Positions 43,948 through 53,841 of a stretch of DNA of 64,000 bases are shown here, one piece after another. The stretch is taken from assembly GCA_036337225.1 (NCBI GenBank), contig JAYZEP010000008.1:1001-65000 (forward strand). Reading direction: 5' to 3'. This stretch comes from Thermodesulfobacteriota bacterium (GTDB lineage Bacteria; Desulfobacterota_D; UBA1144). The notes below the pieces were generated by a model. That model did not search any database, was not told the DNA's origin, and was given only the letters and a program-made list of their open reading frames with translations. The first letter of the stretch is position 1. Each line of letters begins with the position of its first letter. Made by a program: the position numbers and the translations under genes.

Positions 43948-45444
43948 ATGTATAAAAAAGTTCTAATAGCTAATCGTGGTGAAATCGCAGTAAGAATAAT
44001 AAGAGCATGCAAAGAGCTTGGAATAAAAACTGTTGCGGTTTTCTCGGATGCTGATAAGAATTCTCTTCACGTCAACTTTTCTGACGAAGCGTTTAATATT
44101 GGAGAGTCTCTACCCAGCCAAAGCTATTTGGTAATTGATAAAATCATTAAAGTTGCTAAGAAATCTAAATGTGATGCTATTCATCCGGGCTATGGTTTTT
44201 TATCTGAGAATGCAGCTTTTGCAGAAAGATGTGCCAAAGAGAAAATAGACTTTATTGGCCCTAGCCCTGAGTCAATACAACTAATGGGAGACAAGATTAC
44301 ATCTAGGGATATTGCTAAAACCGCCAAAGTTCCACTAGTTCCAGGTACCGATGGTGAAGTCAAGGATGATGAAGCTCTTGATGTAGCTAAAAAGATTGGA
44401 TTCCCTCTAATGATCAAAGCTTCCGCCGGTGGTGGTGGAAAAGGAATGAGATTAGTTCAAAAAGAATCAGAGTTTGAAAGTTCACTAAGGATGGCTAAAA
44501 GTGAAGCAAAATCCGCTTTCAATAATGATGCCATATTTATCGAAAAATTTATCGAAGAGCCGAGACATATTGAAATTCAAATTCTGGGTGACAAGAAAGG
44601 AAATGTAATACACTTATTTGAAAGAGAGTGCTCAATCCAAAGAAGGCATCAAAAAGTCGTGGAGGAAGCTCCTTCGCCTGGCGTTAGCGAAAAAACAAGA
44701 AAGAAAATGGGTGCAATAGCCGTAAAGCTTGCCAAAAAAGTATCCTATCACGGAGCAGGAACGGTAGAGTTTATTATGGACCAGAAAGAAAACTTTTATT
44801 TTCTTGAGATGAACACAAGAGTTCAAGTTGAGCATCCAATTACAGAGATGATAACTGGGATAGATATTGTAAAAGAAATGATACGAATATCTTGCGGGCA
44901 CAAATTAAGCATTAAACAAAAAGACGTATCAATCAGAGGGCACGCTATGGAATGTAGAATTTGTGCTGAAGATCCTGATAACAATTTTCTACCAACTCCT
45001 GGCACTATCAATTACGTTAAAGCACCACAAGGACCAGGGGTGCGCATAGATTCCTCTCTCTTTAATGGCTACAAGGTAACAACCTTCTATGACCCAATGC
45101 TTGCTAAATTAATTGTTTGGGGCCAAGACAGGGATGCTGCAATTCAAAGGATGGCCAGAGCATTGTCTGAATATGTCGTTCTCGGAGTGAGAACAAATAT
45201 TGGTTTTCTGATTAGATTAATGGACGACAAGGATTTTTTTGCTGGAAGACTCGATACAGGTTTCATAGAAAAACATAAAAAATTACTACAAGTTCCGAAG
45301 GCAAGTAAGGAATTAGCTCTAATTAGCTCAGTAATTATCATGCATACATTTAATGGCATACAGAAGAAAGACAAAGATTCAAAGCTTAAATCCTGGAAAC
45401 ATGCGGCAAGGGCATCTAGCTTATCTAGAAGTTCTATTTTTTAA
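43948..45444 (+). CDS. Biotin carboxylase subunit
   Basis: ANRGEIA, HPGYGFLSEN, GGGGKGMR, ERECSIQRRHQK, EMNTR.QVEH. Confidence 0.96.
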   Translation: MYKKVLIANRGEIAVRIIRACKELGIKTVAVFSDADKNSLHVNFSDEAFNIGESLPSQSYLVIDKIIKVAKKSKCDAIHPGYGFLSENAAFAERCAKEKIDFIGPSPESIQLMGDKITSRDIAKTAKVPLVPGTDGEVKDDEALDVAKKIGFPLMIKASAGGGGKGMRLVQKESEFESSLRMAKSEAKSAFNNDAIFIEKFIEEPRHIEIQILGDKKGNVIHLFERECSIQRRHQKVVEEAPSPGVSEKTRKKMGAIAVKLAKKVSYHGAGTVEFIMDQKENFYFLEMNTRVQVEHPITEMITGIDIVKEMIRISCGHKLSIKQKDVSIRGHAMECRICAEDPDNNFLPTPGTINYVKAPQGPGVRIDSSLFNGYKVTTFYDPMLAKLIVWGQDRDAAIQRMARALSEYVVLGVRTNIGFLIRLMDDKDFFAGRLDTGFIEKHKKLLQVPKASKELALISSVIIMHTFNGIQKKDKDSKLKSWKHAARASSLSRSSIF

Positions 45445-45446
45445 AA

Positions 45447-45947
45447 ATGAGATATGACTTAAAAATTGACAACAAAATAATTTCCTTTGATCTTGAACAA
45501 AAAGACAAAGATTATCAAATCATTCTTGACGAAAAGAGTTCCAACGCGGATTTAGTAAAAGTAGACTCAAATCTTTATTCTCTCGTGGTTAACGGTTCAA
45601 CTTTTAATATAGCTATTTTCAAAGAAGGGAAGACCATACAGGTTTATTACAAAGGAGATTTGTTTACTTTTGAGATACCTTCACAAAGAGAGAAAGGTTC
45701 TTTAGAGAATTCATCTGGGGTAGATAAGATTAATGCGCCAATGCCCGGCAGAATTATTAAAATTTTAAAAAATGTTGGTGATTCCGTTTCTGAAGGAGAA
45801 GGGATTATTGTTGTTGAAGCAATGAAGATGGAAAGCGAACTTAAAACCAGCATAGCTGGCAATATAACTGCAATAAACATCAAGGAAGGGGATGCAGTTG
45901 AGCTTGGATCCCACTTGGTTACCGTTGAGTCAGATGACAAAGAATAA
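45447..45947 (+). CDS. Biotin carboxyl carrier protein
   Basis: APMPG, EAMKM biotinylation motif. Confidence 0.95.
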   Translation: MRYDLKIDNKIISFDLEQKDKDYQIILDEKSSNADLVKVDSNLYSLVVNGSTFNIAIFKEGKTIQVYYKGDLFTFEIPSQREKGSLENSSGVDKINAPMPGRIIKILKNVGDSVSEGEGIIVVEAMKMESELKTSIAGNITAINIKEGDAVELGSHLVTVESDDKE

Positions 45948-45956
45948 TAATAAGTT

Positions 45957-47519
45957 GTGAAAACCAAGAAGCTTTTTTTATTTTTATTTTTATTGTTACT
46001 TTATATTGTACCGAATCAATCTTACTCAAATAATACACAAACGATAAGAATTAATATTGGCAATGAACCGCCGACTCTGGACTGGAACCTAGCAACCGAC
46101 AGTACATCTTTTCAAATAATAAACAATATAATGGGTGGTCTCACAAAAATTAATAGTAATAATAAAATTGAAGCAAATTTGGCCAAATCATGGGAGATAG
46201 ATGAGTCTGGGAAAGAAATTATTATAAAAATAAAAAAAGTTTATTGGAATGATGGAGAAGAATTAATATCGCAACACTTTGTAGATTCTTGGGAAAGACT
46301 GCTTAATCCAGAAACCGCTGCCGACTATGCGTACTTCTTGTACGATATAAAAAATGCAAAAGAATATAATTTAGGAAAAATCTCCGACTTTGATTTGGTT
46401 GGAGTAAAAGCCTTAGATGACAAAACCCTTCAAATTGTTCTAACTGGAAGAAAATCTTATTTTCTGAGTGTATTAAGTTTCATGTCTACTTTTCCAGTTC
46501 GAAAAGATGTTATAAAAGAACATAATGAGAAATGGATTGAACCTGAGAATATAGTAACGCTTGGAAACTACCATCTAATCAAATGGGAAAATCATGATTT
46601 TATTCTGCTAGAACCACGAAATACAGACAAGCCCAAAATTATGCTCATCATGAATAACAATCCAACATCAACTTTGGCTATGTTTGAAAATGGAAAATTG
46701 GATATCGTTGATGGTGGAGGTATACCTCGTTTAGAAATACCTTACCTAAAAAAATCAGGCACCCTAAAGACGATGTCAAACTTTCGAAATAATTACATAG
46801 GATTTAATGTAAACAAACCTCCTTTTGACGATAAAACAATCAGAATGATTTTTGCGCGCGTAATAAATAAGCAAATTTTTACACAGATTCTTCATACGGT
46901 AAGACCTACAAATTGGTGGCTACCGTATAATATCCCTCCAATAGATGGAGATTATAGTTATCTTTGGTACGAAGATTCTATTACAATGGGAAATACATAT
47001 CTTGACGCGATTGGATATAAGGATAGAGAGACATTCCCAAAGGTTAAACTTCTTTATCCAGAATCTGGAAACAATAGAATTATTGCTGAGATACTCCAAA
47101 ATATTTGGTATGAAGCCCTTGGAATCATGGTAGAGATAGAAGGATTAGAGTGGAAAATATATTTAAGTACTCTTGATAATGATAGACCACATATGTTCAG
47201 AGGTGGTTGGATTGCAGATTATCCTCATGCCCACAATTTTATGAACTTATTTACTTGTAGTAGTGGGAATAATGAGACAGGGTGGTGTAATAAAAAATAC
47301 GATGAGTTAATCAAACTTGCATCAGAGAATTACAATCTTGAAGAAAGCAAAGATCTTTATTGGCAAGCCGACTTCATCCTTAATGCTGAGTTTGCAATTA
47401 TTCCGCTTTTTTACTCAGACCAAATTTACCTTCAAAGCGAAAGAATAAATAATGCGGGATTTACAAATATGGGGATAATAGATTTTAATGAAATAACCCT
47501 AAAAGAACCTAAGAATTAA
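45957..47519 (+). CDS. Oligopeptide ABC substrate-binding protein (OppA-like)
   Basis: Signal peptide, EPPTLD, W.DG, W.RLLNP.TA..YA, GWIADY, IIPLFY. Confidence 0.9.
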   Translation: MKTKKLFLFLFLLLLYIVPNQSYSNNTQTIRINIGNEPPTLDWNLATDSTSFQIINNIMGGLTKINSNNKIEANLAKSWEIDESGKEIIIKIKKVYWNDGEELISQHFVDSWERLLNPETAADYAYFLYDIKNAKEYNLGKISDFDLVGVKALDDKTLQIVLTGRKSYFLSVLSFMSTFPVRKDVIKEHNEKWIEPENIVTLGNYHLIKWENHDFILLEPRNTDKPKIMLIMNNNPTSTLAMFENGKLDIVDGGGIPRLEIPYLKKSGTLKTMSNFRNNYIGFNVNKPPFDDKTIRMIFARVINKQIFTQILHTVRPTNWWLPYNIPPIDGDYSYLWYEDSITMGNTYLDAIGYKDRETFPKVKLLYPESGNNRIIAEILQNIWYEALGIMVEIEGLEWKIYLSTLDNDRPHMFRGGWIADYPHAHNFMNLFTCSSGNNETGWCNKKYDELIKLASENYNLEESKDLYWQADFILNAEFAIIPLFYSDQIYLQSERINNAGFTNMGIIDFNEITLKEPKN

Positions 47520-48561
47520 AGTACGGAATTATATCTTTCGCATATGTTTCCATGGCCTTGTCAGCATCAGGACTAAAATAGTGAAACAAGACGAAGTGCT
47601 TAACTCCTTTGTCTACATATTTCTCTATCTTTTTAATACAATCCTCTTTGGAGCCGGTAATAGTAAAATCAATAACTGCCTCTCTGGGGAAGTACTGACC
47701 CATATCTCGAAATCTCTGTTTCCTGTCCTCGTCGGTAGGGGTTATGTTGAAATAATTTAGTCCTTTGTATTCATCTGGAATATCAATATCGTATCCAGCT
47801 TTTTTTAGTTGGTCCTGCATTATGCATACATATCTGAAGGGCTCAAGTGTCTTATAAGCCTCATCTTCATTTTCACCGAGCGAGGTGAACACCCACAAAG
47901 TTGAATCAACATCATCGATTGTACGACCAGCTTCGATTGCAGAGGACTCAATCTTGTCTAATGATTCTTTATATAAATCAGGTGTTAAATCAATTGGCAT
48001 CCATCCGTTACCAATTTTGCCAGTCAAATCCAATCCCTTATCTGTGTGTGTAGCAAAATAAAAAGGAATACTTTCTTTATCTTGATAAAGATTCAACAAT
48101 AAAGAAGCTTTTTCCATATTGAAAAATTCACCTTCATAGTTCACTGTTTCCTTCGTAGACCAAAGCAATTTCATCATATCTATAGATTCAGTCATTCTTT
48201 GAAAAGGCTTATCCCAAGGAATTCCATAAGCATCTAAGTTCATAGATTCTCCCACCCCTAGAGCAAGTGCAGTTCTTCCCTTAGAAAGATGATCAACCGT
48301 CGCGAGTCGCTGAGCAAGTACCGCCGGATGATTTCTATGGGGATCGGAGGTGGCTCCTATAGTAATATTCTTTGTTTGTACTGCAATAGCTGCAGCAATT
48401 GTCCATGCTTCAAACGCGGGATGTGGGGATATAAAGGATAAATGATCAGGAAGCCACAAGCTATCAAATCCTAATTTGTCAGCCTTAACAGAAAAACCAA
48501 CCAAGCCATCCGCATCCGCACCAGGCATTGGTGGAACCAAGCCAAATTTAATTTTACTCAT
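47509..48561 (-). CDS. LLM-class (luciferase-like, possibly F420-dependent) oxidoreductase
   Basis: GFDSLWLPDH, HPAVLAQ..ATVDHLSKGR..L.LG.GE. Confidence 0.88.
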   Translation of the reverse strand: MSKIKFGLVPPMPGADADGLVGFSVKADKLGFDSLWLPDHLSFISPHPAFEAWTIAAAIAVQTKNITIGATSDPHRNHPAVLAQRLATVDHLSKGRTALALGVGESMNLDAYGIPWDKPFQRMTESIDMMKLLWSTKETVNYEGEFFNMEKASLLLNLYQDKESIPFYFATHTDKGLDLTGKIGNGWMPIDLTPDLYKESLDKIESSAIEAGRTIDDVDSTLWVFTSLGENEDEAYKTLEPFRYVCIMQDQLKKAGYDIDIPDEYKGLNYFNITPTDEDRKQRFRDMGQYFPREAVIDFTITGSKEDCIKKIEKYVDKGVKHFVLFHYFSPDADKAMETYAKDIIPYFNS

Positions 48562-48588
48562 TAAACTATTCTATCAAAAAACTATGTT

Positions 48589-49746
48589 TTATTCTAGGAA
48601 GCTTTTTAGGACTGATCCAACATCAGATTTTGCTAGTTTTTCTAGAGCTTTTTTCTCAATCTGTCTAATTCTTTCTCTAGTTAAATCAAACTTTTTTCCA
48701 ATCTCATCGAGAGTATAAGTGCTTTCCATATTGATTCCGAATCTCATTTTGATAATTTCTTCTTCCCTAGGTGTAAGAGCTTTCAATGCTCCCTGTATGC
48801 GATCAGTCAGAGAGTTTTCAGCAACAATTTTATCGGGCACAGGTGAGCCTTCATCTGGAATAAAATCAAGGAGGGTAGCTTTTTCACCATCAAAAACAGG
48901 CGTATCCAGTTGCACAACTTCGTTTGTTGATTCCAAAATCCTTTTTACACCGTCCAATGAAATCCCGACTTTTTCTGCAATTTCTAAAGGGGTTGGCTTA
49001 CGTCCGAGGTCCTTTTGCAACGCGGTGCTTGCTTTAAAGACCTTGCTAGCTTGTTCTAAAACATAAACTGGAACTCTAATAGTTCGTGTCTGATCTAAAA
49101 GCGCACGTGATATAGCCTGGTGAATCCACCACGATGCATACGTAGAAAACTTAAAGCCTTTAGTATGATCAAATCTCTCTACAGCCCTCATTAAACCTAC
49201 ATTGCCTTCTTGAATCAGATCCTGCAGAGCGAGTCCTCTACCTATATATCGTTTTGCAATACTAACAACAAGTCTCAAATTGGCTTTAACAAATCTGTCT
49301 TTTAATGAATTAGCTAACTGGGTGTAAGCCCTGATGTATCCTTGAAGCTCAGCAAGTCTTTTCTTTCGTCCACCCTTTAATGACAACAGTTTCTTTTTCT
49401 GGGTCTCCGTAATGTCTGAAGACTGAACTCGGTCAACCAATGTTTGGTAATTCGCTGCGTGAAGTTCGGCTTTCTTAATCTTTGAGGATACTTCAACTTC
49501 TTGTTTGGATTTTAATAAAGGCTCCAAGGACATATCTTTAAAATACACATACAGTAATCTATACTGCTCATCTGGGACCCAGTCTTTTTTCTTTTTTTCC
49601 TTACTAACATTTCTTAGTGTTGCTTTTTGATATTCTTCTAAAAGCGTCTTATCATCCAAATCGGTTGAGTCGGAACTAGAAGTCGAACTAGAATTAGAAC
49701 TAGAATTAGAACTAGAACCATACCCTTCATATTCAGTTGAACTCAT
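48589..49746 (-). CDS. RpoD/RpoS-like sigma-70 factor (regions 1.2-4)
   Basis: [46 protein letters not shown]; no recognisable region 1.1. Confidence 0.93.
   Translation of the reverse strand: MSSTEYEGYGSSSNSSSNSSSTSSSDSTDLDDKTLLEEYQKATLRNVSKEKKKKDWVPDEQYRLLYVYFKDMSLEPLLKSKQEVEVSSKIKKAELHAANYQTLVDRVQSSDITETQKKKLLSLKGGRKKRLAELQGYIRAYTQLANSLKDRFVKANLRLVVSIAKRYIGRGLALQDLIQEGNVGLMRAVERFDHTKGFKFSTYASWWIHQAISRALLDQTRTIRVPVYVLEQASKVFKASTALQKDLGRKPTPLEIAEKVGISLDGVKRILESTNEVVQLDTPVFDGEKATLLDFIPDEGSPVPDKIVAENSLTDRIQGALKALTPREEEIIKMRFGINMESTYTLDEIGKKFDLTRERIRQIEKKALEKLAKSDVGSVLKSFLE
49669..49716. repeat. In-frame 12-bp tandem repeat x4 (NNNNGAACTAGA) encoding a Ser-rich tract
   Basis: GTCGGAACTAGA AGTCGAACTAGA ATTAGAACTAGA ATTAGAACTAGA. 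Confidence 0.9.
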
Positions 49747-49814
49747 AACACGTTATCCTTGCAGCTAAAGCGCCCCTAATTATACTATTTTTATATAGAT
49801 AAGTGAAGAAGAAG

Positions 49815-49885
49815 CTGGCCCGGAAGGGGTCGAACCTCCATTGCTTGGACCAAAACCAAGAGTCCTGCCATTAGACGACGGGCCA
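49815..49885 (-). tRNA. tRNA-Gln(TTG), CCA not encoded
   Basis: TGGCCCG..CGGGCCA acceptor stem, anticodon arm CTTGG-TTTTGGT-CCAAG, GGTTCGAC T-loop; downstream of ispE. Confidence 0.95.
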
Positions 49886-49917
49886 ATCTGTAGATAATAC
49901 AGAAAAATCAAACAAAT

Positions 49918-50808
49918 TCAATCAACTAAGAAGCGCCATCCTTCAACCGAATCCGCTCTTACGACTTTAACGTTTGCGTGAGATTCAAGATATTCTTTAG
50001 CATCTTTAGCATTGAGCTCATCCTCCAAAATAACAAATATTGTTGAGCCACTCCCAGATATTGAGTAACTAGGCAAACCAAAATCATCTAAAATCTTAAA
50101 AATATTTCTATACTGTTGGTGCTTCTTTACTAATATAGGAAGAAAATCATTTTTTAAATATAAATCCTGATCGTTAAAATAAATCTTTCTTGGTGCACTC
50201 TGCTCCAGAGAGTCTTTATTGTTGGCATATTCCTTGTCCCATAAATCATAAAGATCTTTAGTTCCAGATTCGAAATCTGGAAATATAAGCAAATATCTCA
50301 GCTTAGGTGGATCCTTGATAATGTCGACAATATCTCCCCTCCCCGAAACTTTCGCGGTTCTAGAATCAAGAAAAAATGTAACATCGGACCCTAACTTTTT
50401 AGCCATCGCTAATACTTCGTGAGTAAGGCGGGATCCGTATTTCTCATGTAAACGGAAAAAGCGTGATAAGCCTAATAGGATAGCAGCGGCATTACTACTA
50501 CCTCCTCCCATACCAGACCCCAGTGGTATATTCTTCTTCACAGATATTTTAATAGACTGTTTTATTGAAAAAGTGTTGTAGAAAGATTCCGCGGCTTTGA
50601 GAATTAAATTGTCATCAATAGGAATTTCTGGGCCAGAAAAGTCTAATTCGATAAGCTGCGAGCTGCTACTAGCCTCGATTATTATATCATCCTGTAATCC
50701 AACTGGTTGGATTACGGAGCTAATTTCGTGGTAATTATCATCTCTTTTCTCTTTGATAATTAAATCTAGATTTATCTTCGCTGAGGAAAAAATCTGTATT
50801 TTATTCAT
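49918..50808 (-). CDS. ispE: 4-diphosphocytidyl-2-C-methyl-D-erythritol kinase
   Basis: AKINL.L, KNIP.GSG.GGGSSNAA, GSDV.FF, SGSGST. Confidence 0.94.
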   Translation of the reverse strand: MNKIQIFSSAKINLDLIIKEKRDDNYHEISSVIQPVGLQDDIIIEASSSSQLIELDFSGPEIPIDDNLILKAAESFYNTFSIKQSIKISVKKNIPLGSGMGGGSSNAAAILLGLSRFFRLHEKYGSRLTHEVLAMAKKLGSDVTFFLDSRTAKVSGRGDIVDIIKDPPKLRYLLIFPDFESGTKDLYDLWDKEYANNKDSLEQSAPRKIYFNDQDLYLKNDFLPILVKKHQQYRNIFKILDDFGLPSYSISGSGSTIFVILEDELNAKDAKEYLESHANVKVVRADSVEGWRFLVD

Positions 50809-50858
50809 TAGTTATTAATTCTATATATATTTAAAAATAATTAAAGCATCCTCCTAGT

Positions 50859-50876
50859 GTTGTCATACTTGACAAC
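50859..50876. promoter_or_regulatory. Perfect inverted repeat GTTGTCA-N4-TGACAAC between divergent ispE and hemL
   Basis: Seen directly; contains TTGACA at 50869-50874. Confidence 0.45.
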
Positions 50877-50903
50877 TTATTAATTATGTTCTTTGTTTAA
50901 CAT

Positions 50904-52202
50904 GTGGGTTATACGATTGATAAATCCAAAAAACTATTCCAAATAGCATCTAAAATCATACCTGGAGGTGTAAATAGCCCAGTAAGATCATTTAAAGCTG
51001 TGGGGGGGGATCCTATTTTTATAAAAAGTGCTAATGGTCCTTACATCTTTGATGAGGATGACAATAAATACATCGACTATATTGCTTCTTTTGGTCCACT
51101 CATTTTTGGTCATTCAAAAAAAGAGGTAATAGATGAAGCATTTACAGCAATGCAAAATGGAACTACCTTCGGTGCTTGTCACAAGAATGAAATTAAACTT
51201 GCCCAATTAATATCTGACACCATGCCATCAATGGAAATGTTGAGGCTGACTAATTCAGGAACTGAAGCAACCATGAGCTCAGTTAGACTCGCAAGGGCAT
51301 TTACAAAGAGAGATAAAATAATCAAATTTGAGGGTTGCTACCATGGTCATGCAGATTATTTACTAGTAGAAGGTGGTTCTGGTCTTTCAACTTTCGGATC
51401 TCCATCTTCCCCTGGTGTTCCAGATGAGTTTATAAAAAATACATTGGTAGCAAAATTTAACAACATTGATAATGTTAATAAAATCTTTAATGATAATCCA
51501 AATTCAATAGCCGCAATAATTCTAGAACCAGTTCCGGCCAATATGGGACTTGTCTTACCAGATGAAAAATTTTTAGAGAAATTAATTGACCTAGCTCATT
51601 CAAACAAAGCCTTAGTAATTTTTGATGAAGTTATTACAGGTTACAGGTTAGGTCTTGGGGGTGCGCAAAATTTTTTCAACGTAGAGCCCGACATGACATG
51701 TATAGGAAAAATAATTGGAGGCGGTTTTCCCGTAGGAGCATTTGGGGGGAGAAGAGAGATAATGTCAATCTTGTCACCTTCAGGTCCTGTATATCAAGCT
51801 GGAACATTATCTGGAAATCCAGTCGCAGTAGCAGCTGGGATAAAAACGCTTGAATTATTGATTGAATCGAACCCTACTATTTACACCGAATTAGCAAAAA
51901 AAGCTCGATATATTAAAGAAAATTTTGAAGCCGCGGGAATTGACTGTATTAAACTAAATCAGCTTGGTTCGATGTTAACATTCTTTTTTAGTACACAAGG
52001 AGCTATTAAGGATTATTCCGATGTTACGTCATGCCATACAGATTTATATGGAAAGTTTTTTAGCATGTTGTTGTCTAATGGTATTATGTTGCCACCTTCT
52101 CAATTTGAGACAATGTTTGTTTCACATGCACATTCGTATAAAGATTTGGATGATACCATAGAAAAGTGTATAGAATCAGCCAAAAAGGTAGGAAAGTCGT
52201 AA
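50904..52202 (+). CDS. hemL: Glutamate-1-semialdehyde 2,1-aminomutase
   Basis: PGGVNSPVR, NSGTEATM, EGCYHGH, FDEVITG, GKIIGGG.P, YQAGTLSGNP. Confidence 0.97.
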   Translation: MGYTIDKSKKLFQIASKIIPGGVNSPVRSFKAVGGDPIFIKSANGPYIFDEDDNKYIDYIASFGPLIFGHSKKEVIDEAFTAMQNGTTFGACHKNEIKLAQLISDTMPSMEMLRLTNSGTEATMSSVRLARAFTKRDKIIKFEGCYHGHADYLLVEGGSGLSTFGSPSSPGVPDEFIKNTLVAKFNNIDNVNKIFNDNPNSIAAIILEPVPANMGLVLPDEKFLEKLIDLAHSNKALVIFDEVITGYRLGLGGAQNFFNVEPDMTCIGKIIGGGFPVGAFGGRREIMSILSPSGPVYQAGTLSGNPVAVAAGIKTLELLIESNPTIYTELAKKARYIKENFEAAGIDCIKLNQLGSMLTFFFSTQGAIKDYSDVTSCHTDLYGKFFSMLLSNGIMLPPSQFETMFVSHAHSYKDLDDTIEKCIESAKKVGKS

Positions 52203-52412
52203 TTGGCAAAAAAGAACACCTGGTTTAAATTTGTTATCGTTGGTACAGAGCTTGCATTTTGTATATTGGCTGGAATATTTATTGGGAGTGAAATCGACCA
52301 ATATTTCAACAAAACCCCGCTATTCACAATTATTGGGGTTATTTTAGGATCGATTGCTGGTTTTAGTCTGATGATTAAAATAGTAAAAAATAAAAACAAT
52401 AATGTTAAATAA
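52203..52412 (+). CDS. AtpZ/AtpI-family small membrane protein
   Basis: Two TM with G..IG..ID..F...P..G pattern; precedes Fo genes. Confidence 0.82.
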   Translation: MAKKNTWFKFVIVGTELAFCILAGIFIGSEIDQYFNKTPLFTIIGVILGSIAGFSLMIKIVKNKNNNVK

Positions 52413-52734
52413 ATCAAATAAAATCCTCACCATCACAACAGTGTTGATTCTTGTTCTTTCTTTTGTATTTTACAACAATGGTTTCGCTAAAGCAGTTTTG
52501 TACGGATCTCTATTGTCTTACTTGAATATCCTATCCATTCAATTCATTACAAGTTTGTTCGTTGAAAAGAAAAAAACTAAAATATTTGCATTTATTTTTA
52601 CTGTATTAAAGATTCTAATACTTGTGGCAATAATGATTTATTTAATTCAGTTTTTGTCTCTCGATTTAATTGGATTTTTGACAGGATTTAGTGTAATTTT
52701 AATTGTGTTTATTCTATTAATTCAAGGTAAATAG
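52402..52734 (+). CDS. atpI: ATP synthase accessory subunit I
   Basis: 4-TM hydrophobic protein just upstream of atpB. Confidence 0.75.
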   Translation: MLNKSNKILTITTVLILVLSFVFYNNGFAKAVLYGSLLSYLNILSIQFITSLFVEKKKTKIFAFIFTVLKILILVAIMIYLIQFLSLDLIGFLTGFSVILIVFILLIQGK

Positions 52735-52737
52735 CTT

Positions 52738-53448
52738 ATGAGTGGATTAGAGCATGCCCAGTGGACAGAGCTTTTAGGTGTCAGCGAATATGACCATATC
52801 ATCGGTGCCGCTATTGTTGTCATTATCCTGGTTGTCATATCTTTTAAAGTCAAGAAGAAATGCGCGGAGTCTAGTCAATCTAAAGAGTCTCTCGCCCCAT
52901 CGCCAAAATTTTCTATCGTTACCTTTTTTGAATTTATTACTTTAGATTTTCTTTTGAAACTAATAGCCGATATTTTTGGCAGTGAAGAAAAAGCTCGAAG
53001 ATTTTTACCCTTACTTGGAGGATCTTTCTTTTTTATATTCTTTGCAAATCTATTAGGGGTCCTTCCAGGGTTTTATCCAGCGTCACAAAATCTCAACACT
53101 ACACTTGCAATGTCGTCAGTTATTTTTATCGCTTACAATTATCTTGGTTTTAAAGAACATGGAATGGGATACCTGAAACAATTTATGGGCCCAGTAATCT
53201 ACTTGGCACCATTAATGATTGTTATTGAATTGGTAAGTCATTTAGTTAGACCGGCTTCGTTGTCTCTAAGACTTTTTTGGAATATGTTCGGTGATCATTT
53301 AGTTTTGCAAATCTTTTCCAATTTAACACCATATATAGTTCCGGCAATTTTTATTGGTTTAGGTGTTTTTGTTTCTTTTCTTCAAGCATTTATATTTACC
53401 ATTTTATCAAGCATTTATATATCATTATCAATAAGTCACGATCATTAA
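52738..53448 (+). CDS. atpB: ATP synthase subunit a
   Basis: NLLG..PG, IELVS..VRP.SLSLRLF.NMFGDH, LQAFIF..L. Confidence 0.96.
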   Translation: MSGLEHAQWTELLGVSEYDHIIGAAIVVIILVVISFKVKKKCAESSQSKESLAPSPKFSIVTFFEFITLDFLLKLIADIFGSEEKARRFLPLLGGSFFFIFFANLLGVLPGFYPASQNLNTTLAMSSVIFIAYNYLGFKEHGMGYLKQFMGPVIYLAPLMIVIELVSHLVRPASLSLRLFWNMFGDHLVLQIFSNLTPYIVPAIFIGLGVFVSFLQAFIFTILSSIYISLSISHDH

Positions 53449-53464
53449 TATAAGGAGGAATAAA

Positions 53465-53779
53465 ATGAAAAGATTTTCGTTTTACACATTTTTTGTTTCA
53501 GCTCTCGTTTTGCTTCTTGCCCCTGAGCTTCTTGCCGCTGATCAATCAGGAGAAGCAATATCGGGTCTTGCTTTAGGTAGTGGGATCGGTATTGGAATTG
53601 CTGCTGCTGGTGGTGGAGTAGGAATGGGACGAATGGTTGCTTCAGCATTAGATGCTGTTGGCAGGAATCCTGGAGCAGCTGGTCAGATTCAAACACCAAT
53701 GATTATCGGCTTAGCCTTGATAGAATCTTTGGTTATTTATGCTTTAGCGATTACATTCTTATTGCAAAATAAAATATAA
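53465..53779 (+). CDS. atpE: ATP synthase subunit c with N-terminal extension
   Basis: Gly-rich helix, RNP loop, LALIESLVIY; SD AAGGAGG. Confidence 0.96.
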   Translation: MKRFSFYTFFVSALVLLLAPELLAADQSGEAISGLALGSGIGIGIAAAGGGVGMGRMVASALDAVGRNPGAAGQIQTPMIIGLALIESLVIYALAITFLLQNKI

Positions 53780-53787
53780 GAAATATT

Positions 53788-53819
53788 TCAGAAAGGTGAA
53801 TACAAGTTCACCTTTCTGA
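53788..53819. terminator. Probable bidirectional intrinsic terminator
   Basis: 13-bp perfect stem TCAGAAAGGTGAA/TTCACCTTTCTGA between convergent atpE and qor. Confidence 0.85.
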
Positions 53820-53841
53820 CTTATTTATATTTTATCAAGAT

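Noticed and set aside
42367-45947. Autotrophic 3-hydroxypropionate-type carbon fixation
   Set aside because: No malonyl-CoA reductase or propionyl-CoA synthase in the window; heterotrophic propionate use is simpler
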